From Syncephalis fuscata S228 (lineage: Eukaryota > Fungi > Zoopagomycota): DNA of 64,000 bases. The stretch is from contig JAHLTZ010000015.1 of NCBI GenBank assembly GCA_025786725.1, positions 1 through 64,000 on the forward strand. Reading direction: 5' to 3'. Shown here one piece after another: positions 1 to 11,572 of this stretch (position 1 is the first letter of the stretch; each line of letters begins with the position of its first letter). The translations under genes were made by a program, and so were the position numbers. The notes under the pieces are model-generated. The model saw nothing but the letters and a program-made list of their open reading frames with translations, made no database searches and was not told the DNA's origin.

Positions 1-613
1 CTAGACTTGCCGGTTCCCTTTGATAGGAAGGCTTCCATCCCAATAATAATATACTTTTAAATAGTTAAAACCAAATTTGAATCAAGAGATAAGCATATAT
101 GTCTAGTAGAAAAATAAAATGGGTATTTTTACAGATGCGCAATCTAGAATGCTAATCTGTCAACATAGGCCTGAGACTTGAAATGAAGAGAGAAGAAGAA
201 ATAAAATAAAACGCAAAAGTAACTTGGATTAAGAGATCGAGGGCTAAGATCTATTAGACCGAGGAACAAAAATAGAAGCAGTATTAGGCCTATGCCTTTC
301 ACTACACTATAATAGATGCGGTTGGTACAGCAAAGGGCTTATAAAGTCATTGGATATGAAAAGTAAACTTGTGCATGCAATAGGTGAATCTCGCCTTTTG
401 CATAGAACATGAGTTATGTCTAGACCATAGCAGACATGTTACAATATTGGTATCTCAGTATAACCATAGATTTAAATAGCCCACGCAGCACACACAACTA
501 ACTAGTATTATCATCATTACACTCTACTTTCTTCCAATACCCACTACTACTTACTTTATACTAAACAAGCTCTATTGGTGCTTCCACTTAGTTTTCTTAA
601 AATCAATACCAAC

Positions 614-2423
614 ATGAAGCTTTCTATTGCCGTCGTCTGCACCATTGTCATGGCTTTTGTGGCCGCCACATCCATGGTGGATGCCAGTCCAGCCCTAGCT
701 CGTCGTGGTACGTTGTAACTACAATAACTAGTTATACATTTAATTAAATATTATTTTAATAACAAATTAATGCTAATAGATCGTAAGTTGGATTGTATAC
801 CAGCCATCTATGTACTAATTGTATGCTATTTACTGTGTGTGTTTAACAACTTGTGTTAATAGCTTGTAAGTAATATTGTATATTTACTAAACATGTACTA
901 AATATATATTATTTACTGTGTGTATTCGATAACTTACATCGATAGATCGTAAGTGACATTGCACATTAATTAGCTATTAATTAAGCATATATTATTCTCT
1001 GTGTGCATAATAAATTGTATTAATAGTTCGTAAGTGCCATTGTATACTCATCAACTACGTACTAATTACATTTTATAAATTGATCATGTTTAATAACTTG
1101 TTTTAATAGAATGTAAGTGGAATTTTATACTAAGTAAATATACTCTAAACATATGTTATATATTGTGTGCGTAATAACCTGTATTAATAGTTAGTAAGTG
1201 GCACTTTATATTTATCAACTATGCACTAAACATATTTCATGCATTTTGTGCAATTAATAATTTGTATTGATAGCTCGTAAGCGTTATTGTATATTATTTA
1301 TTTATACACTAAGCATTTTTCATGCATTGTATTTATTTAATAATTTAACACTAATAGCTGGTAAGCGTTATTTTATATTTAACAACTACGTACTAAACAT
1401 GTATTACGCACTGTATGTGTTTAATAATTTATATTAATAGCTTGTAAGTGCCATTGTATATTTAACAATTACGTACTAAACATGTATTGCACTCTGTATG
1501 TGTAATGACTTGTATTAATAGCTCGTAAGTGTCATTGTATATTTACCAATTATACACTAAACATACGCCGTGCACTGTGTATATTTAATGACTTGTATTG
1601 ATAGCGCGTAAGTGATATTGCATATTTATCAATCAAGCACTAAACGTATGTCATACATCATGTATATCTAATGGCCTATGTTAATAGGTCGTAAGTAATA
1701 TTATATATTTACCAACTATGCTTTAAATATGTCTTATACGTTGTATATTTCTAATAACTTATATTAACAGGTCGTAAGTGTTATTTTATACCCATAAGCT
1801 ATGCACTAAATATATGTCATATATTGTGTGTTTAATAACTTATGATAATAGATAGTAAGTGACATTGTATATTCATTAACTATACACTAAACGCATGCAA
1901 TATACCGTATATTTTTAATAACTTGTATTGATAGCTCGTAAGTGGCAGCCCGTATTCATAAGATATATGCTAAACATATACTATACATTTTATATGCATG
2001 CTTAATAATTTGCATTAATAGGTAGTAAGTAGTATTTTATATTAGTTAAATATGCACTAAACGTATATCATACATTTTATATGTTTAATAATTTATATTG
2101 ATAGACGGTAAGTGATATTGTATACGCATCAACTATGTCTAAACATACATCATGCACTGCTTTTGTTTGATAACTTGTATTAATAGCTGGTAAGTAACAA
2201 TTTATATTTATTAGTTATGCGCTAAACATATGGTATGCACTGTTTATATCTAATGATTTGTATTATTAGTCAGTAAGTAGCATTGCGTATTAATCAATCA
2301 TGCACTAAAAGATGTTTACACTGCGTGTTTAATAATTTACACTGATAGTTTGTAAGTATGATTGTCTAGTGTTGTTTTATACACTAATTATATGATATGT
2401 CGCATTCATTTATAAACATAGAA
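614..2423 (+). CDS. Secreted peptide precursor (51 aa) encoded by a signal exon, 20 three-nucleotide microexons and a stop exon
   Basis: Exon 1 (614-707) encodes MKLSIAVVCTIVMAFVAATSMVDASPALARR plus one G, then donor GTACGT. Twenty YAG|NNN|GTAAG(T/C) units follow, with exons starting at 780, 863, 946, 1027, 1110, 1191, 1274, 1358, 1441, 1522, 1605, 1688, 1771, 1852, 1935, 2022, 2105, 2187, 2270 and 2349. The last acceptor is CATAG ending at 2421, then AATAA. The joined frame is open for 20 codons and ends on a split T|AA stop. Confidence 0.85.
780..2351 (+). repeat. Degenerate tandem array of intron + 3-nt exon units, period 79-87 nt (mostly 81-83)
   Basis: Units share an approximate consensus GTAAGTG.CATTGTATATT.A.CAACTATGCACTAAACATAT..CATGCACTGT.TGT.TTTAATAACTTGTATTAATAG; internal introns are 76-84 nt. 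Confidence 0.9.
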
Positions 2424-3495
2424 TAACCGATGCTCTCAAGACAGCAACATTGGCATATAATTACGCTTTTAGCTTAATATTCTTTAGATATATCCTTGGC
2501 AAGAAACAAGATCATTTGATGAATGCCGTCTAGTCTACCTCCATATCAAGTTCTAACCAATGTTCCAGTTTATGCATCTTTAATCAATGATATCATTGTA
2601 TTATTAACAAGTCTGCAGTCAGTTGTGTCTACTCGATATGCAAACTTGTTATAATAAACATATATTTTATTTAATTATATTAATCAAGTGTTTATATGTA
2701 TTCTATGTTTAGCTTGTATCAAAGTGCTAGCAGACATTAGTCAATTAAAGATACCAATACCCTATTTGTACTGTTATGCTATAGTGATTATAAACGTAGA
2801 TTGACTTAATTGTAGTGGTATTCGTATTAATATAATAGCAATACCTTATTTTCAGCAATTTAATAGCACTATTTACTATTTGTAACGCTGTCGAGTGAAT
2901 TAAATATTAAATATTATAAAATTGATATATTTATGCTATTGAACATGCTAACATTTAATTTAAATAACTAATAGACTGTTTATAAAATAGACTGTGTGTG
3001 TATACTAACCAATAATGGCGATTAAAAACAAACAAAAGACATTATGATACAGTGAAGAACAGTAGAAAATAAAGCAATATAGGTAATAATAAGCAGCGGA
3101 TGCTACTGAAATGAATGAATGGTGTAAAAATGGTTAATGCTTATCAATAGCTAATAAATAATATCTATTTTCTCATTAATCGACAGAAAATACAGTTATT
3201 TGCGATGTGAAAGCAAAAGGTAGATTGTAATTGGGACTCAATTTAATTGTGATTTAATTGAACTCAATAAGCAAAGTTGATTCGAGTTCAATTCACCAAT
3301 AAACCCAATACATATAGTAAATAGTATTTTCCTTCGCACAGTTCGCGCTTCCATCGTCTCCTTTATCGATTTATCGTAGTATATGTTCATCCGGAGATTA
3401 TCTCTGCCAACTGAACGACTTCAACTGTTGTGATCAAATAGCGGCCATTGTCAATTAAAAGGCTGTTTATTCTTTCATAAATCTAACAATTGATC

Positions 3496-6400
3496 ATGGC
3501 GGAAGAAACAAAATCTGCCAATTTTAATCCTTCATTCCATCAGCTCCACAGCGTCATTGCTGGATTTGACACGCTCCGCAATGCAATCAATGTACCAGCC
3601 TCGTTTGCTGGCATTACTGGTGCACAGCTTGCGACGCTATCTGTAGAATTGCTTCGCGTAAATGAACTCTTGTTTGGGCAACAAGCTGGCAACGTTAATC
3701 TACGTGGTCCTAAACTGCCAGTACATTTACTGGACGCGTCAAAACTTACTAGCGACGCACCTGTTTTACGTCTTATCCAAGAGACACTGCTCTTTTGCGC
3801 GGGTAAAAACTGCCACGACTTACAGCTGTCGCAATCTGTCCGAGTTGATGATTTACTTGCACTATTTGGTCATTTGCGATCTGTAGCCATTAATGCAGGA
3901 TGGTGGCGTATACCACGTATCACTTTTGAAGAAACATTGGCCCTGGAACTACAGCAAAAAATAACGGAAATGGTTCATGCATTGGGTGGTAAGTTACTGT
4001 CATTTTATTATCAAATCATTATTAATATTAAAGTAATTATAGGCGAATTAACAGCTAATCACCAGGATGCGACCCATATTATTGTACCAAATGCAGAAGA
4101 GACAGCTAATAACGACCAAGAATGGTATCGTGTTGTTGACCGCCGCGATGGCATGGTTCGTGTACACTGGGGCTACTTTCCCGACTCTTATGACAGCTGG
4201 CTTTCAGAATCTGAGGATATTAAGGGTGATGCTGAGCCGGAACCAGTCATTACACCGCCTCGTCCAGTACTATTTCGTTGGCTAGAGGATAGCGTTAAAT
4301 TCCATGAATGGATGAATGAAGAAGATTATGAGCCAGATAGTTCAACATCGCTTTCACGTCAACCAACAGCACATACAACGATCAGTAAACGCGTTGCCGG
4401 TGACATTGAGCAAAATGCATCCGATAAGCGTCCACGTCATGACATGGATGGTGTTAGCGTAGAGAATGCCACTCCAGTCATCTTGAACAGCGTGCAGAAG
4501 AACTCGGTGCAGCTGGCCGCAATAAACGAGCTGAACTAGAGCCATTAACATCTGGACATCAACTGAATGCATCCCATACTGTAACCATGTCTGTGCACAA
4601 CAAAACATCTAGCACTACAACTGCTCAGGACATACAGCTATGAGTTTAGGCGATAACGAACCAATGGCCCAGGTTAAAGAAGAAACGCCACAGAATGCAT
4701 CTATTGTAGGCGATGGAGCTGTCAGTGGCAATGCTATGGCCGTTGATGCCAGTGGTGTGGCATCTGTTAAGAAACAGTATACAGATGAAGATGCTCGTCG
4801 TTTCTTATCTCAACAAACGCAAGAAGTTATCATTCCAAGCTATGCAGCATGGTTTTCATTCGATAATATTCACGATATTGAAAAGAATGCTCTACCCGAG
4901 TTTTTTAACAACAAAAACCGATCAAAAACACCAACAGTTTATAAGGATTATCGCGATTTTATGATTAATACCAATCGACTTAATCCAGTTGAGTATTTGA
5001 CAGTTACTGCATGCCGAAGAAATCTGGCTGGCGATGTATGCACTATTATGCGTGTACACGCCTTTCTAGAACAATGGGGACTAATTAACTATCAAGTATG
5101 TATTAATAACAAGCTAATTAACTATTGACTAACAAATGACATATAGGTCGATGCAGAAACTCGCCCTTCACTGGTAGCACCTCCATTTACTGGTCATTTT
5201 AGAGTGACGGTAGATACGCCACGTGGTCTACAGCCATTTTTACCAGCAGCTAAACAAAGCACTGCCAAACCACCTGGTCAAATGCCGCCAGCCACACCAA
5301 AGCTAGGTGGAGGTGAAGCAGCCTCCACACCCGCCTCGACAGTGCATCCACAACACCGGCTACTGCTACTGGTAACGGTAGTTTAGCCACCAATCTGACT
5401 GGTGGCAATATGGATTTAAGAAAGAACATTTATGACGCACAAGCCTCTGCAGCTGATACGTCTAGACTAACAACCAACGGTACTGAAGCTAAAGTACCAG
5501 CCAAATACCACTGTTCTACTTGTGGCGTAGAATGTACCGTATTACGTTATCACCACATGAAAAACAAGCTATTTGACGTGTGTCCTAACTGTTATCGTGA
5601 CGGCCGATTCCCATCTAATATGTTTAGCGGTGATTTTATTCGTATTGCAAGCCAACAAGAAACGCCAAGTAACACATGGTCTGATGAGGAGACACTACGA
5701 CTATTAGAGGCATTGGACATGTTTGAAGACGACTGGAATCGTATTTCTGATCATGTACGCACAAAGACACGCGAACAATGCATTCTTCACTTTTTACAAC
5801 TGCCAATTGAAGAGCCATTTCTTGGTGCACGCGAAGGTGATCTTGGACCACTACAATATGCATACCAGCCATTCAGCCAGGCTGATAATCCGGTAATGTC
5901 GGTAGTGGCCTTTTTGGCCTCGGTAGTCAATCCCGGTGTGGCGGCAGCAGCGGCACAATCGGCGCTCAAAGAATTATCAAAGAAAGACAAAAAGACGTCT
6001 AAATCAACGGGAGAAGATGCCGATGGTGATACAGCCATGGGCGAGGAAGAAGTAGAAGAGAAGCCAGTCATTAGTGAGACAACAACAGGTAAGTAGATAA
6101 AACAATATATTAGTAATTAAAGCTTTAATTGCTAATATATATTATAACAAATGATGCAATAGCAACGAATAATGAAACAACTACAGAGCGTTCAATGGAT
6201 CAATCGACGGTAACTAGAGCGGCTAATGCTGCATTGGGAGCAGCCGCAGCCAAAGCTAAGGTATTGGCTGATTATGAAGAGCGTGAAGTACAACGACTAG
6301 TATACGCCGTAGTTGAGTCACAAATGAAGAAGCTTGAATTGAAGATGAACCAGCTAGAAGAGCTGGAACAGCTATTGGAACAAGAACGTCAAGAATTAGA

Positions 6401-6830
6401 CCGTGAACGTCAGCAAGTATTATCGGAACGTTTAGCTTTACGCAATGCCACACTTGCTATATCTAACAGCATTAGTGATAATGCAAGTGCTGCAACTACC
6501 ACTGCTACTTCAACTAATAATAATGATAATAATGATAATAACAATGATGTTAATAGTAATGTAGCGTCAACTACATCTATTGTTCCGGCGTTTACTGGCA
6601 CTGCTGCTCCTATTGTAACCTCGAACATTACTGGTATGTCTACGGCCATAGTACAAGAAACAGATACTTTAATGGAGACTGTTACCACAACACCATTACC
6701 AACCACCACAACCACAACCACCACATCATTACCATTATCAACATCATCAGTAGCACCCATAGGAGCAGCAACATCAGCAACACCAGCCAACACTACAGCT
6801 ACTATTATAACAACAACACTACTACAATGA
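3496..6830 (+). CDS. SWI/SNF-RSC core subunit, Swi3/Rsc8/SMARCC family (chromo-like, SWIRM, ZZ, SANT, coiled coil); multi-exon, three apparent frameshifts
   Basis: [14 protein letters not shown]...[33 protein letters not shown]; ZZ CSTC...CPNC; [31 protein letters not shown]; [18 protein letters not shown]; [12 protein letters not shown]; N-terminal [13 protein letters not shown]...[10 protein letters not shown]. Confidence 0.93.
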
Positions 6831-6924
6831 CAGAATAAAGAATAAACGCTGTTAATATTTTTAAAACCAACTACTTTAATATTACAATTGAATGAAAAAC
6901 TAACGATAGCACGACTGAAATACG

Positions 6925-8723
6925 CTAAGTGGTCGGTAATCTTTGTTCCCATAAAGTAGCGCTATTGACACCGATAAATCCACATAATACTAATCCGGCA
7001 CCTATCCAATAGCTAACATTTACAATAAGTCCTTTGAATACAATATCGCCAAAGAATGCGATAGGAATCTATAGGTGTATTATTGCTATTATTAGTTGGA
7101 TAGCATTATACAAATAAATATAACTAACCGAAAGAGCCAGGCCCAGTGTAGCGACTAGTGGCGATGTCTATAAGTAGTTGAATTAGTCATTATTATAACA
7201 TACTATGGTGTCCACCTACCAATAGTACAGCAAGTAACCAAAGATAGTCAGATAGAAAAGTACCCAAGAATGCATTAATACAAAGTATGGTCCATATTGT
7301 ACTTGAACCAGGCAGTGCAAACGTCTCAAGGCCTAGCCAGTGAAGTAGTAGCAGTATGGGCCACATACCAAACATATTGAATATACCAACAAATCCAAAG
7401 AATAGTGTTGTATCAGCCCGTGTCTCATTATGCATCTGTCGTTTAAGCAATACAGTATAACAGCCGTAGAAGAATGCACCCAACAAGGCCAGTGCATCTC
7501 CCCATAAATGGCTCGATAATGAAGGTGAGTCACTAGGTGTTGATGACTGAGCAGGAGCATACGTTACTAGTGCCACACCCACTAGACTATTAATAATATC
7601 AATTAGTATAATATAATATAATATAATATAATATATATATATATCAATCGATGATTAGTTTACCTTATAGTAGCCGCAATACAACGAGCAAAGCTTAATT
7701 GTTCCACACCAGCCATCGAACCAACCAGTAAAGTGAATAAGCCTATAAACAGTAATTTATTAGAGGTTAACTGCAAGTAATGTGGCTATGATATCATTAC
7801 CAGAAGTTGAGCCGATTACGGTGCTACTAGCCACTGACGTATAGGCAAGTGATGCATTTTGTGTCCAATTGGCTAAAAACCAAATAATACAAAATTTGGC
7901 ACTTAGACTAGCAATCTAGTAATAAATACAATAAAATAAATAGTAATATTAATAATGATGTGGTTATGATAATGCTAATTACCTCATGTAATGACATTGA
8001 TCTATCTTTTTCGTGCACTGGTAAATGATCATGAGTGGTTGATAAATTGATTTCCATTTTAGCAGTCCATCGATCAATGTCCTCGCCTGTAATGGATGTC
8101 GTCTTGTTGGATGCTGGTGGTACAGACATGAGAGATGCATTGCAGGGGCTTGGCTCAATAGGTGCGGCAATAGTCAATGATGGCGTAACCATGCCAGAAA
8201 AAGAGGATGAAGTAGCATTGGTAATGGTGGTAGTTGTGGTGGTGGTGGTGGTTGGTACTACTACGGTAGTACTTTTCTGCGCTGATAATAATGGCTGTGT
8301 TTCGTCAAAGCTAACATAGTCACCTGACGGTAATGGTTGTCGTCTTATAATGGCCGCCATAGAAATACATGGTATTAGCCATGATTAATATAACAGTCTA
8401 TCTAGTTAGACTACTTACTCGGTTGACCGAGACCAATGTCTTTGATTTGGTGTAGTTGTAAACCAGTAGATAGCCAAGTAAAAGGAAAACGTACACGTAT
8501 TGAAGTAAGTTATAAAGAATGGTTTGCTATACTCAAACTCGGTAAATATGCCCTATCATAACAATAACAACAATAAATAAATTTTGTTTGTTTTTTATAC
8601 ACGTCTACTTACTTGTATGGCAAATGACGAGCCCACCCAACATATAACTACGCCTAGAAGAGCTAATAGTCCTTGAAAGTATCGAGTATTCTTCCATAGA
8701 AACGAGATAGTAGAGGAATTCAT
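6925..8723 (-). CDS. DMT/EamA-fold transporter, SLC35F5/Thi74-like; multi-exon
   Basis: Exons give LLGVVICWVGSS, YSKPFFITYFNT, WGDALALLGAFFYGCYTVLLKR, LFFGFVGIFN, GTFLSDYLWLLAVL and IPIAFFGD; ATG at 8723, TAG at 6925-6927. Confidence 0.85.
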
Positions 8724-9170
8724 AGCTATAGAATACTTGAATCAATGCCGTATTAAACAATGTATATATGTTGCTCTGTTTAATATAAAAGTAGACTAGT
8801 AATACAGACGAAGAACTACAGTAACTGTAGTAATGAATTCAACACAAACTTCATCAGTGGCTTAGAGTAAATTGGAAAAGCAATAGCTTAAAAGAAATAT
8901 GAGCAAAAATAAAACCAAGTTTTACAAATCATCGTCGTTAATGTTTATTAATGGTAATATATATATATATAAGTGGGTGGTTGGGTGTGTGTTGTGTTAA
9001 GCACGCCATTTAACACATTGGGCACGCTACTCTCTCTGTCTCTCTCCGTCTCTCTTGCCTTCTTTGCTCGCTTTCCTTTACATTCATATTAAACAATAGC
9101 AGTTAAAACTAAACAGTTTCACTCCTTGACCACTTGATATCGTTGTTGCTATTCCACTAAAGCTGCACCG

Positions 9171-9761
9171 ATGTCGCTAGCTCGTTTTGTACGTAACGCG
9201 ATCCAGAGTGGTCGTCGTTTTCCATGGACATTCTATACGATTTGCGATGCTAAGCCACCCGGTCATCTTGTAGGCACCGATCAGTTTGGCAATCGCTACT
9301 TTGAAGATACCAAGAGCGAGATTTGGGGTAAGATCTAGTGTAAATACGTGAATAGACACACGCGTATATATATAGCTATCGACAAAACTCAACTAAGTAA
9401 CTCCTATTGCGATTCATAGCACGTCAACGTTGGGTTGAGTCGCCATCAAGCGATTTTGATTCATCTCAAGTGCCAGCTGAATGGTAAGTGTTTACTAGTG
9501 AAATTATATAATAATATAAATATATACTATTATATTATTGTTCCAGTAAAAACTATTTTCTATTTATTAACGCTATCTAGGCATTCATGGCTGCATCGTA
9601 TTACCGATAAACGAACTGTGCCTACAAATGAAGTAATGATGGATCGTTGGTTGGCCAAACATACGCCTAACTATACAGGTACATCACGCGCCTATCGTCC
9701 GTATAACACAACAGCGCCCAAGATACAAAGCTGGGAACCAACAGCAGCACCGCGCGATTGA
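9171..9761 (+). CDS. NDUFA12: NADH:ubiquinone oxidoreductase subunit NDUFA12 (B17.2); 3 exons
   Basis: LVGTDQFGNRYFE...RQRWV...SQVPAEWHSWLH...HTPNYTGTSRAYRPYNTTAPKIQSWEP after splicing two GT-AG introns. Confidence 0.92.
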
Positions 9762-10371
9762 ATGATTAATAATAAAGCTAAAGTACACAATATACACACT
9801 CTATTGTGTTATTGTTTAGTCATAACTAATTATAATATATATATCTCTTTATTTGAGTGGCTACATTATTTATCTACTAATAACTATACCGGTTCTTCAA
9901 TATGGATCACATGATTAAAAGTAATTAACTTTACGTGGCACATGATCATAAATAATGAGACGATTCGGCTAATCCATTCCATAACACACTACACTCACTC
10001 AATCATTACTTGACAACATAGTAATCGTCATAATAATGCGTGCTATCCCATCTGTTTGGGGATAAAGGGGACGCGATTGAATATGTGAATAATGTGCATC
10101 GTCTTATTCTTTCACACCTTTCTTTTATTAACCACACCACCACCTCTTCTTCCTTATCACTGCCACTATCAACACCTCTACTCTACTCTACTCTACTTGT
10201 TCGCATTGCTACGTACTCCTCTTCTAGTACTATCTACTCTCATCCACGCACCTCCTGTCATCCAAGTGTGCACTGTTCTACTTTCCTACGCTTGCTATTT
10301 ACACTTTTTACATCTTGCCTCTGCATTTCATTGGTTTTTGCGTTGCCTACATTCGTTAACTATTTAACACA

Positions 10372-11389
<1,018 letters not shown>

Positions 11390-11572
11390 AGCAACATCAA
11401 TATTGAATTGACTCGTGTTTATGTGTGTGAGGTTTTTTGTTATGGGAATGGGCTTATGGTGCACCAATATACAAATAGCATATTTTATCAATGCAACTAC
11501 TATATACACAATATTACTGAATGACAATTGAAATGCAAAAGATGATATGTTTTGTTTTAACTCTATTTATTA

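Noticed and set aside
614-718. Unspliced 34-codon ORF (...ARRGTL*) as the whole gene
   Set aside because: It does not explain the 20 downstream acceptor-NNN-donor units or the split stop codon; GTACGT at 708 is a good donor. It could exist as a retained-intron form.
780-2351. Regular ~82-nt array read as a CRISPR array or plain minisatellite
   Set aside because: Eukaryotic context and no cas genes. The best-conserved parts are splice signals around a 3-nt variable core, and the cores join into an open frame attached to a signal exon.
4470-5390. Programmed ribosomal frameshifting in the SMARCC-like gene
   Set aside because: No slippery heptamers seen, and the same one-base deficit occurs in five unrelated genes, which favours assembly error.
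6410-8319. Antisense Val-rich ORFs (6410-6952, 8035-8319) and similar shadows over the TF genes and 62014-62316
   Set aside because: Reverse-strand shadows of Thr/Pro/Asn-rich low-complexity coding sequence.
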